Below, piece by piece: positions 1 to 7,579 of a stretch of DNA of 32,000 nt. How positions within the stretch are numbered: position 1 is the first letter of the stretch; each line of letters starts with the position of its first letter. Origin of the DNA: Nocardioidaceae bacterium (lineage in GTDB: Bacteria > Actinomycetota > Actinomycetes > Propionibacteriales > Nocardioidaceae); assembly GCA_035690495.1 (NCBI GenBank), contig DASSKK010000067.1:1-32000 (forward strand). Direction: 5' to 3'. The notes under the pieces were generated by a model, which did no database searches, had not been told where the DNA came from, and saw only the letters and a list, made by a program, of their open reading frames with translations. A program made the position numbers and the translations under genes.

Positions 1-38
1 TGCTTCTCCATCGCCGCCCTCCGGTTCGCGCGGATCAC

Positions 39-507
39 GGTAACCGCCCGGTGCGCACAGTCACTGGGTATGACATGAGAGTACGTGGAAAAGAGCAGCT
101 AGGACGAGCCAGATCGGATAGACATATGTGTCCAGCTGCCCGACGGTTCTGTCTTGAGATATCACCTGGACAGGAATAACCTGTTGGAGCCGGTGATGGT
201 GCCGTTGCCTTCCGCCGGCATATTGTGAACATGTGATGAGCGGTGAGCGGGCCGGCGCATCTCGCCGGCGACTTGCTGAGGCACGCCGAGAATGGTCTCG
301 CGTGGCCCAGCGACGCCGCACATCCCGATCCCGGCCGTCCGGCCGTATCATCGGATCGGGGCCGCACCATGCATCGGCGCGAGCCCGGCACGGGTTGCAG
401 GCACCTCAGGGAAATAGAGCACATCCTGCCTGCCCCGCACCCCGATCGCGCATGACCTTAACCAAGGCACCCGCAGATACGGGTCGCCTAGCGAAGGGGT
501 GGCCGCT
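39..507. promoter_or_regulatory. Long apparently non-coding region upstream of hhyS, with a lower-GC core at about 60-240. Candidate promoter TTGAGA(154-159)-N17-TAACCT(177-182).
   Basis: No ORF here has high-GC codon usage. AT-richer runs occur (gaaaagag, gatagacatatgtg, gagatatcac, ggaataac, catattgtgaacatgtgatg). An 8-bp stem CCCGATCC(324-331)/GGATCGGG(353-360) is present. The putative hhyS RBS GAAGGGG lies at 492-498. Confidence 0.3.
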
Positions 508-1551
508 ATGACCCAGGCCGCGGAGGATCCCGTCCTGCATATTCTGTGGATGAACGGAGGCCTCGGCTGCGACGGGGACTCGGTAGCGCTGACCGCTGCC
601 ACCCAGCCCAGCATCGAGGAGATCGTGCTCGGCGCCCTGCCGGGCCTGCCCAAGGTCGCGGTGCACTGGCCGCTGATCGACTTCGAGTGCGGCCCCGAGC
701 AGGGCGCCGACACGTTCATCGAGTGGTGGCACAAGGCCGACCGGGGTGAACTCGACCCGTTCGTCCTGGTGGTGGAGGGCTCCATCCCGAACGAGGCGAT
801 CAAGTCCGAGGGCTACTGGTGCGGCTTCGGCAACAACCCGGCGACCGGGCAGCCGATGACGACCAACGAGTGGCTGGACCGTTTGGCACCCAAGGCTACG
901 GCGATCCTGGCCGTCGGCACCTGCGCCACCTACGGCGGCATCCATGCCATGGCGGGCAACCCGACCGGGGCCATGGGCGTACCCGACTACCTGGGCTGGG
1001 ACTGGAAGTCCAAGGCCGGCATCCCGATCGTGTGCGTGCCGGGCTGCCCGATCCAGCCGGACAACCTGTCTGAGACGCTTACCTACCTGCTCTACATGGC
1101 CACCGAGCAGGCGCCGATGATCCCGCTCGACGACGCGCTGCGCCCGACGTGGCTGTTCGGCAAGACCGTCCATGAGGGATGCGACCGGGCCGGCTACTAC
1201 GAGCAGGCCGACTTCGCGACCGAGTACGGCTCCCCCAAGTGCATCGTCAAGCTCGGCTGCTGGGGGCCGACAGTGAAGTGCAACGTGCCCAAGCGCGGCT
1301 GGATGAACGGCATCGGCGGCTGCCCGAACGTCGGCGGGATCTGCATCGGCTGCACGATGCCGGGGTTCCCCGACAAGTTCATGCCGTTCATGGACGAGCC
1401 GCCCGGCGGCAAGCTGTCCAGCGCCAGCGTCGCGCCCTACGGAAGCACGATGCGCAGGCTGCGCAGCATGACCACGCGGACGCTCGACAAAGAGCCGAAG
1501 TGGCGCGTGAAGGGGACCCGACTGACCACCGGCGCGTCGCGCACCTGGTAG
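508..1551 (+). CDS. hhyS: [NiFe]-hydrogenase small subunit, group 1h/5 (Hhy-type), lacking a Tat signal
   Basis: ORF 499..1551. The N-terminus runs straight into HILWMNGGLGCDGDS with no RRxFxK twin-arginine leader. FeS-ligand regions are present: GTCATYGG, GCPIQPDN, KLGCWGPTVKCNVPKRGW, GGCPNVGGICIGCTMPGFPD. ATG 508 is preferred over GTG 499 because of its spacing from GAAGGGG. Confidence 0.93.
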   Translation: MTQAAEDPVLHILWMNGGLGCDGDSVALTAATQPSIEEIVLGALPGLPKVAVHWPLIDFECGPEQGADTFIEWWHKADRGELDPFVLVVEGSIPNEAIKSEGYWCGFGNNPATGQPMTTNEWLDRLAPKATAILAVGTCATYGGIHAMAGNPTGAMGVPDYLGWDWKSKAGIPIVCVPGCPIQPDNLSETLTYLLYMATEQAPMIPLDDALRPTWLFGKTVHEGCDRAGYYEQADFATEYGSPKCIVKLGCWGPTVKCNVPKRGWMNGIGGCPNVGGICIGCTMPGFPDKFMPFMDEPPGGKLSSASVAPYGSTMRRLRSMTTRTLDKEPKWRVKGTRLTTGASRTW

Positions 1552-1606
1552 CACAGCGCCGCCCATCCGACCACCTCCACGCAACTCCAGAGACGAGGCG
1601 ACGCAC

Positions 1607-3397
1607 ATGACGTCGACGATTCCCAGTCCGACCACCTTCGAGACCGACGAGAAGGGCCTCACCGAGATGGCGTGGGACCCGATCACCCGCATCGTCGGGA
1701 GTCTCGGGATCTACACCAAGATCGACTTCGGCAACATGCAGGTCGCCGAGTGCCACAGCACCAGCTCGATCTTCCGCGGCTACTCGATCTTCATGAAGGG
1801 CAAGGACCCGCGGGACGCCCACTTCATCACCAGCCGGATCTGCGGCATCTGCGGCGACAACCACGCCACCTGCTCCTGCTACTGCCAGAACATGGCGTAC
1901 GGCGTGAAGCCGCCGCACATCGGCGAGTGGATCGTGAACCTCGGCGAGGCCGCCGAGTACATGTTCGACCACAACATCTTCCAGGAGAACCTCGTCGGCG
2001 TGGACTTTTGCGAGAAGATGGTCGCCGAGACCAACCCGGGCGTCCTGGAGCAGGCGAACCGGACCGAGGCTCCGCACGCCGAGGCGCACGGCTACAAGAC
2101 CATCGGCGACATCATGCGCTCGCTCAACCCATTCACCGGCGAGTTCTACCGCGAGGCACTGCAGGTCTCCCGGATGACGCGGGAGATGTTCTGCCTGATG
2201 GAGGGGCGCCACGTCCACCCGTCCACGCTGTACCCGGGCGGCGTCGGCACGGTCGCCACCGTGCAGCTGATGACCGACTACATGACGCGGCTGATGCGCT
2301 ACGTGGAGTTCATGAAGAAGGTCGTGCCGATGCACGACGACCTGTTCGACTTCTTCTACGAGGCGATCCCGGGGTACGAGAAGGTCGGCGACCGGCGGGT
2401 GCTGCTCGGCTGCTGGGGCTCCTTCCAGGACCCCGAGGTCTGCAACTTCGCCTACCGCGACATGACCGAGTGGGGCCGCAAGATGTTCGTGACCCCCGGC
2501 ATCGTCGTCGACGGCAAGCTGGTCACCAACGACCTGGTCGACATCAACCTCGGCATCCGGATCCTGCTCGGCTCGTCGTACTACGACGACTGGGAGGACC
2601 AGGAGATGTTCGTCCGCCAGGACCCGCTGGGCAACCCGGTCGACCGGCGGCACCCGTGGAACCAGCACACCAACCCCAAGCCGCAGAAGCGCGACCTCGA
2701 CGGCAAGTACTCCTGGGTGATGTCTCCGCGCTGGTACGACGGCAAGGACCACCTTGCGCTCGACACCGGCGGCGGGCCGATCGCCCGGCTGTGGTCTACG
2801 GCGCTGTCCGGGCTGGTCGACATCGGCTACGTGAAGGCCACGGGAAGCAGCGTGCAGATCAACCTGCCGAAGACCGCGCTGAAGGGGCCGGTGCAGTTCG
2901 AGTGGAAGATCCCGCAGTGGTCGAACACCATCGAACGCAACCGAGCGCGCACCTACTTCCAGGCGTACGCAGCGGCGTGCGCCCTGCACTTCGCCGAGCA
3001 GGCGCTGACCGAGATCCGCGCCGGCCGCACCAAGACCTGGGAGAAGTTCGAAGTGCCCGACGAGGGCATCGGCTGCGGCTTCACCGAGGCGGTCCGCGGA
3101 GTGCTGTCGCACCACATGGTGATCCGCGAGGGGAAGATCGCGAACTACCACCCCTACCCGCCGACCCCGTGGAACGCGAACCCGCGCGACTCGTACGGCA
3201 CCCCGGGTCCCTACGAGGACGCCGTGCAGGGCCAGCCGATCTTCGAGGAGAACGACCGCGAGCACTTCAAGGGCATCGACATCATGCGCACCGTGCGCAG
3301 CTTCGACCCGTGCCTGCCCTGCGGGGTGCACATGTATCTCGGCGCCGGCAAGAAGCTCGAGATGCTGCACACGCCGACTCAGTCCGCCGGCGCGTGA
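1607..3397 (+). CDS. hhyL: [NiFe]-hydrogenase large subunit, group 1h/5 (Hhy-type)
   Basis: N-terminal Ni-binding motif TSRICGICGDNH. C-terminal motif SFDPCLPCGVH followed by a 21-aa tail (MYLGAGKKLEMLHTPTQSAGA), typical of the protease-cleaved extension. The RBS GACGAGG lies upstream of ATG 1607. Confidence 0.97.
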   Translation: MTSTIPSPTTFETDEKGLTEMAWDPITRIVGSLGIYTKIDFGNMQVAECHSTSSIFRGYSIFMKGKDPRDAHFITSRICGICGDNHATCSCYCQNMAYGVKPPHIGEWIVNLGEAAEYMFDHNIFQENLVGVDFCEKMVAETNPGVLEQANRTEAPHAEAHGYKTIGDIMRSLNPFTGEFYREALQVSRMTREMFCLMEGRHVHPSTLYPGGVGTVATVQLMTDYMTRLMRYVEFMKKVVPMHDDLFDFFYEAIPGYEKVGDRRVLLGCWGSFQDPEVCNFAYRDMTEWGRKMFVTPGIVVDGKLVTNDLVDINLGIRILLGSSYYDDWEDQEMFVRQDPLGNPVDRRHPWNQHTNPKPQKRDLDGKYSWVMSPRWYDGKDHLALDTGGGPIARLWSTALSGLVDIGYVKATGSSVQINLPKTALKGPVQFEWKIPQWSNTIERNRARTYFQAYAAACALHFAEQALTEIRAGRTKTWEKFEVPDEGIGCGFTEAVRGVLSHHMVIREGKIANYHPYPPTPWNANPRDSYGTPGPYEDAVQGQPIFEENDREHFKGIDIMRTVRSFDPCLPCGVHMYLGAGKKLEMLHTPTQSAGA

Positions 3398-4029
3398 TGC
3401 CAGTCCCACCTCCCGCCCAGCAGCAGGACGTGCACGCCACCGGAGAGCACATCGAGTCGCTGCTGGAGGCGAGTTCGGCCTCGGGACCGGTGGTGCGTGA
3501 ACGGGCCGAGCAGCTGGTCCGGCTGGTGACCGACCTCTACGGCGCCGGGCTGGAGCGGCTGCTCGACGTGCTCTACGAGGCGGGCCGGCTCGACGAACAG
3601 GCGCTGGCGGCGCTCGCCGAGGACGAGCTGGTGTCCGGGCTGCTGCTCGTGCACGGCCTGCACCCCTACGACCTGCCGACCCGGGTCCAACGCGCCCTGG
3701 ACGACGTACGCCCCTATCTGGGCAGCCACGGTGGTGACGTGGAGTTGCTCGGCGTCACCGACGACGGCGTCGTGCAGCTGCGTCTGCTCGGCAGCTGCGA
3801 CGGCTGTCCGTCCTCCGCGGTCACCCTCGAGCTCGCGGTCAAGGAGGCGATCGAGGCGGCCGCGCCGGAGGTGACCGACATCGAGGTGACCGGCATCAAT
3901 GTGGACGGCTCCGGGAGCGACGGGGCCTCGGGGCTGATCAGTGTCGACTCGCTGCGCAGCCGCCTCGACGAGAACGCCACCAGACAGGCGCCCGGTCCGT
4001 GCCCGGTCCCCGGGGTCGCGGCACGATGA
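3397..4029 (+). CDS. NifU/Nfu-like Fe-S protein, in the position of HhyE in mycobacterial Hhy operons
   Basis: The tail of ORF 1672..4029 starts at ATG 3397, overlapping the hhyL TGA by 1 nt (TGATG). The C-terminal half, YLGSHGGDVELLGVTDDGVVQLRLLGSCDGCPSSAVTLELAVKEAIE, is a NifU C-terminal-type domain with a CxxC. Confidence 0.85.
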   Translation: MPVPPPAQQQDVHATGEHIESLLEASSASGPVVRERAEQLVRLVTDLYGAGLERLLDVLYEAGRLDEQALAALAEDELVSGLLLVHGLHPYDLPTRVQRALDDVRPYLGSHGGDVELLGVTDDGVVQLRLLGSCDGCPSSAVTLELAVKEAIEAAAPEVTDIEVTGINVDGSGSDGASGLISVDSLRSRLDENATRQAPGPCPVPGVAAR

Positions 4030-4661
4030 GCGAGACCGTGCAGAACCCGGACACGATCAGCGTGCTGCGCAGGATCCGCGGCACGAAGCCCACCATCGCG
4101 GCCGGCGAGCGCTGCGAGATGTGCGCGGAACCGATCGCCGAGGAGCACACGCACGTCGTCGATCTGGAGCAGCGCGGCCTGATGTGCGCCTGCCGTGCAT
4201 GCTCGCTGCTGTTCACGGACCCCGAGGCCGCGCAGCGCTACCGCACGGTCCCCGACCGCTACCTCGCCTTCCCCGGCTTCACGCTTGACCGGGCCGACTG
4301 GGAGCACCTGCAGATCCCGGTCGGCCTGGTCTTCTGCTTCCGCAACTCTGTGCAGAACCGGATGGTGGCGTTCTACCCCAGCCCCGCGGGGGCCACCGAG
4401 TCCGAGCTCGACCTGTCGGCCTGGGACCGGATCACGGCCGCCAACCCACGCCTCGAGACGCTCCAGGCCGACGTCGAAGCGTTGCTGGTGCGCGCCGACC
4501 ACCCGGAGCAGGGCAGCTTCAGCTGCCATCTCGTACCGATCGACGCCTGCTACGAGCTGGTGGGCCGGATGCGTGCCACCTGGCGCGGCTTCGACGGAGG
4601 CGCGGAGGCCCGTGCCGCGATGGCGGAGTTCTTCGCGGCTGTCGAGGCGCGGTCCCGGTGA
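4026..4661 (+). CDS. Conserved hypothetical Cys-rich protein of Hhy clusters (CxxC...CxCxxC)
   Basis: ATG 4026 overlaps the upstream stop (ATGA). High-GC3 coding frame. Motif ERCEMCAEPIAEEHTHVVDLEQRGLMCACRACSLLF. No recognisable catalytic family. Confidence 0.8.
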   Translation: MSETVQNPDTISVLRRIRGTKPTIAAGERCEMCAEPIAEEHTHVVDLEQRGLMCACRACSLLFTDPEAAQRYRTVPDRYLAFPGFTLDRADWEHLQIPVGLVFCFRNSVQNRMVAFYPSPAGATESELDLSAWDRITAANPRLETLQADVEALLVRADHPEQGSFSCHLVPIDACYELVGRMRATWRGFDGGAEARAAMAEFFAAVEARSR

Positions 4662-5305
4662 GCGACTACGAGTTCAGCGTCCTCGACATCGCCGCCGACC
4701 AGTACGCCGCGGCACCCCAGCTGGTCGCGCGCGTGCGCATCGAGGAGCACACCGGCCGCGTCGTGCACGCGGTCGCGCTGCGCGCACAGGCGCGCATCGA
4801 GCCGCAGCGACGCGCCTACTCCGAGGCGGACGAGACCGGCCTGCGTGCGCTGTTCGGAGAGCGGGAGCGGTGGGCGCAGACACTCAAGCCGTTCTTGTGG
4901 ATGCAGTGCAACACGACGGTGCAGGGCTTCACCGGCAGCACCGAGGTGGGGATCGCGCTTCCGTGCACCTACGACTTCGACGTGGTCGGGTCGCGCTACC
5001 TCCACGCGGTCGGCGACGGCGGCGTGCCGGTCACGCTGCTGTTCTCCGGCACGGTGTTCATCCGCGGGGTCTCGGGTTTCGAGGTGGAGCAGGTGCCCTG
5101 GGACTGCGAGGCGCGCTACGACCTGCCGGTGCAGGTGTGGCGCGACATGATCGCGGCCTTCTACCCCGGCACCGGCTGGCTGCGCACGGACCACGACACG
5201 ATCGCGGCTCTCGCCGACTACCGGGCGCGTCACGGGCTGATCTCCTGGGAGGAGACGTTCGCCCGGCTCCTCGCCGGGTCGGACCATCCGGCGGTGTCAC
5301 CATGA
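4658..5305 (+). CDS. Conserved hypothetical protein (215 aa) of the Hhy cluster
   Basis: GTG 4658 overlaps the upstream stop (GTGA). The next gene overlaps its stop (ATGA). Non-repetitive, globular-looking sequence with good codon bias. No motif I can assign. Confidence 0.75.
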   Translation: MSDYEFSVLDIAADQYAAAPQLVARVRIEEHTGRVVHAVALRAQARIEPQRRAYSEADETGLRALFGERERWAQTLKPFLWMQCNTTVQGFTGSTEVGIALPCTYDFDVVGSRYLHAVGDGGVPVTLLFSGTVFIRGVSGFEVEQVPWDCEARYDLPVQVWRDMIAAFYPGTGWLRTDHDTIAALADYRARHGLISWEETFARLLAGSDHPAVSP

Positions 5306-6672
5306 CCCGGCTCGACTCGGTGCGCGCGGTCGCGGACGCCGTGCTGTTCGAGGGGTACCTGCTCTACCCCTACCGCGCGTCGGCCACCAAGAACGTCTCC
5401 CGCTGGCAGTTCGGCGTGCTCGGTCCGCCCGGTGCGGCCGGCGAGCAGCCGACCATGCAGATGCAGACGGTGGTGCGCGCCCCCACTCGAGACAGTGCCC
5501 TGGAGGTGCACCTGCGGTTCCTCCAGCTGCAGCGCCGCCAGGTGTACGACGTGTCCGACGAGCCCGTCGACTCCCTCACCGTCGCTGGCACCACCCATCT
5601 GTCCTGGGACGAGGCCGTCGAGCGGGAGGCCGTCGTGCTCGTCGAGGCGGCCGCTCTGCCGGCCGGCGTGACACGGGCCGTGCACGTCGAGGGCGGCGAG
5701 GAGACCGAGCCGCTGCCAGGCGGCGCGCACGTCGTACGTCGTCGCTGGCCGTTGTCCGCCGAGCTGGCGGTATCCGCAGAGTCCGTCGAACCAGCGGGAT
5801 CCCATGTCCTGCTGACGATCCGGGCGGCGAACGCAAACGCGGAACCGCCGGGCGATGCTGCCCGCGACAAGGACTGGGCGGCCCGGCGCTCCCTGCTCGG
5901 CGCCCACTTGATCGTCTCGGCCGGCGGCTGGGAGCCGCCGGGCCCGTTCGTGTCGGTGGTGGACCCGCCCGAGGACGCGCGCGAGGCGGCACATGCGTGC
6001 CGGCAGGACCGGTGCTGGCCGTTCCTGGCGGGTCAGCAGGGTGACGCCGACCTGCTGCTGGGTTCGCCGATCATCCTCTACGACTACCCGCAGATCGCCC
6101 CGGAGAGCGCCGGGGCGCTGTTCGACGGCACCGAGATCGACGAGATCCTCACCCTGCGGGTGATGACGATGACCGAGGAGGAGAAGGCCGAGGCCCGGAT
6201 CACGGACCCGCGTGCGGCCCAGATCATCGACCGCTGCGACGCGATGAGCCCGGCCGAGCTCCAGGCGCTGCATGGCACGTTCCGCGACCCGCACGGGCTG
6301 CCTTCCGATCTGACGGAGCCGTCCGAGCCCTCCGAGCCGTGGTGGGATCCGGCCACGGACGCGTCGGTCGACCCGGAGACCGACACCGTGCTCGTCGACG
6401 GCGTCGAAGTCGGCAAGGGGTCGCTGGTGCGGCTGGACCCGAAGCGCCGCGCCGATGCGCAGGACCTGTTCTTCGCCGGCCAGCAAGCCCGTGTCACCGC
6501 GGTCGTCAACGACGTGGACGGCTCGACGCACGTGGCCGTCGTGCTCGTCGACGACCCGGCAGCCGACCTGCACGACTGGTACGGCCGCTACCTCTACTTC
6601 GCGCCCGATGAGATGGAACCGCTCCCTGAACAGCTCCAGAACCAGCCCCACCGAGAGGAGAGCCGACGATGA
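5302..6672 (+). CDS. Conserved hypothetical protein (456 aa) of the Hhy cluster
   Basis: The tail of ORF 4195..6672 begins at ATG 5302 (ATGA overlap). It starts MTRLDSVRAVADAVLFEGYLLYPYRASA, has an acidic EPSEPSEP linker, and ends in a beta-rich C-terminal domain (ARVTAVVNDVDGSTHVAVVLVDDP). The upstream part of that ORF is Arg/Pro junk overlapping two real genes. Confidence 0.75.
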   Translation: MTRLDSVRAVADAVLFEGYLLYPYRASATKNVSRWQFGVLGPPGAAGEQPTMQMQTVVRAPTRDSALEVHLRFLQLQRRQVYDVSDEPVDSLTVAGTTHLSWDEAVEREAVVLVEAAALPAGVTRAVHVEGGEETEPLPGGAHVVRRRWPLSAELAVSAESVEPAGSHVLLTIRAANANAEPPGDAARDKDWAARRSLLGAHLIVSAGGWEPPGPFVSVVDPPEDAREAAHACRQDRCWPFLAGQQGDADLLLGSPIILYDYPQIAPESAGALFDGTEIDEILTLRVMTMTEEEKAEARITDPRAAQIIDRCDAMSPAELQALHGTFRDPHGLPSDLTEPSEPSEPWWDPATDASVDPETDTVLVDGVEVGKGSLVRLDPKRRADAQDLFFAGQQARVTAVVNDVDGSTHVAVVLVDDPAADLHDWYGRYLYFAPDEMEPLPEQLQNQPHREESRR

Positions 6673-6788
6673 GAACGATCGGCAGACTGACCACCCTGCT
6701 GCTGCTGGCTGCGGCCGCGGGCGCCGCCGTGCTCGGGGTGCAGTCGGTCCCCGACATCAAGCGGTACATGAAGATCCGGAGCATGTGA
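6669..6788 (+). CDS. 39-aa single-pass membrane micro-protein (MRTIGRLTTLLLLAAAAGAAVLGVQSVPDIKRYMKIRSM), absent from the ORF track
   Basis: ATG 6669 overlaps the upstream stop (ATGA). TGA 6786-6788 lies 3 nt before the protease GTG 6792. 36 of 39 codons end in G/C. One hydrophobic helix is followed by a basic tail. Confidence 0.55.
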   Translation: MRTIGRLTTLLLLAAAAGAAVLGVQSVPDIKRYMKIRSM

Positions 6789-6791
6789 GCC

Positions 6792-7328
6792 GTGGCCGCT
6801 GGGTCGTCCCCGACCACCCCGCCCGTCATCCTGGTCGCCGGCGTCGGGAACATCTTCTGCTCCGACGACGGCTTCGGGCCCGCGATGGCCAGCCGGCTGG
6901 GCGCGCGTGCCTTCCCCGGGGGGGTGAGCGTGGTCGACTACGGGATCCGCGGCCTACATCTGGCCTACGACCTGCTCGACGGGTACGACGCACTGGTGCT
7001 CGTCGATGCGATTCCGGCAACGCTCTCTGGAAGTGGGCCCGGTGAGGTGTGCGTGCTGGAGGTCGACACCGGCGCGCCCGGCGCGCCGCCCCAGCCGCGC
7101 CGGTTGGACGCGCACAGCATGGACCCGGTCGCCGTACTCACCGAGCTGAGGCGGCTGGGCGGCACCCCACCCCCGACCTACGTCGTCGGTTGCGTGCCGC
7201 ACACCACCGAGGAGGGCATCGGGCTGTCCGAGCCGGTGACTGCAGCACTTCCGGAGGCCGAGCGCACCGTCTGCGAGCTGCTCGACCTGCTCACCGCACC
7301 GACCGTGCACGAAGCGAAGGAGTGCTGA
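6792..7328 (+). CDS. hupD: Hydrogenase maturation endopeptidase (HupD/HyaD/HybD family)
   Basis: VILVAGVGNIFCSDDGFGPAMASRL ... VVDYGIRGLHLAYDLLDGYDALVLVDA matches the Ni-protease family signature (GxGNxxxxDDGxG, conserved D and H). Confidence 0.9.
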   Translation: MAAGSSPTTPPVILVAGVGNIFCSDDGFGPAMASRLGARAFPGGVSVVDYGIRGLHLAYDLLDGYDALVLVDAIPATLSGSGPGEVCVLEVDTGAPGAPPQPRRLDAHSMDPVAVLTELRRLGGTPPPTYVVGCVPHTTEEGIGLSEPVTAALPEAERTVCELLDLLTAPTVHEAKEC

Positions 7329-7330
7329 CG

Positions 7331-7579
7331 ATGTGCCTGGGCATCCCCGGTCAGGTGGTTGCGATCCCCGACGGTTTCGCGGGCCAGATCGCGCTCGTCG
7401 ACGTCCAAGGGGCCCGGCGCAACGTCAACGTCGGCATGCTCGACGCCGTGCCTGCCGCGGGCGATTGGGTGCTGATCCACATGGGCTTCGCGATGGAGGT
7501 CGTCGACGAGCAGCACGCCCGCGAGGCGCTCGCCGGGCTGGAGATAATGGGGCCTGGAGTGGGGGCTGCCGATGATTGA
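7331..7579 (+). CDS. hypC: Hydrogenase assembly chaperone HypC/HupF
   Basis: MCLGIPGQVVAI... with the essential N-terminal Cys2, and GDWVLIHMGFAMEVVDEQHA. 82 aa. ATG 7331 lies within ORF 7049..7579. Confidence 0.92.
   Translation: MCLGIPGQVVAIPDGFAGQIALVDVQGARRNVNVGMLDAVPAAGDWVLIHMGFAMEVVDEQHAREALAGLEIMGPGVGAADD

Noticed and set aside
1-98. GC3-type coding signal at the extreme left edge. It could be the end of a + strand gene (frame 1, stop at 76-78) or the start of a - strand gene (GTG at 38 or ATG at 11) running out of the window.
   Set aside because: The two alternatives share the same wobble phase, and at most about 25 codons are visible. Neither strand nor product can be decided.
75-179. 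34-codon ORF (MRVRGKEQLGRARSDRHMCPAARRFCLEISPGQE) in the hhyS upstream region
   Set aside because: Codon usage (AGA, GTA, GGA, AAA, CTA, ATA) is opposite to the strong GC3 bias of every confident gene here. There is no RBS. It is treated as non-coding.
324-360. Hairpin CCCGATCC-N21-GGATCGGG as an intrinsic terminator or riboswitch
   Set aside because: It has only an 8-bp stem with a large loop and no following U-tract on either strand, and it resembles no riboswitch class I know. It is kept only as part of the leader-region observation.
508-1551. The missing Tat signal peptide on the hydrogenase small subunit as evidence of truncation or a pseudogene
   Set aside because: Absence of the twin-arginine leader is a known property of group 1h/5 small subunits. 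The ORF is intact, with all Fe-S ligand regions present.
1388-3409. Very long ORFs on the opposite strand or in other frames of recognised genes. Examples: 406..1692-, 1388..3409-, 1672..3396+, 8012..9643+, 9473..11680-, 10444..12240+, 13167..15008-, 13319..15226+, 16106..18151+, 20253..22172+, 25429..27159+, 27354..29564+, 28733..31447+.
   Set aside because: Their translations are Arg/Pro/Gly/Ala-rich low-complexity strings, typical of stop-poor high-GC DNA. Each is fully covered by a gene with unmistakable family motifs and correct GC3 bias in another frame.
6316-6339. 9-bp tandem (gagccgtcc gagccctcc gagccg) as a repeat or contingency locus
   Set aside because: There are only about 2.7 in-frame copies, encoding an EPSEPSEP linker. 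This is too short to call a variable repeat without population data.
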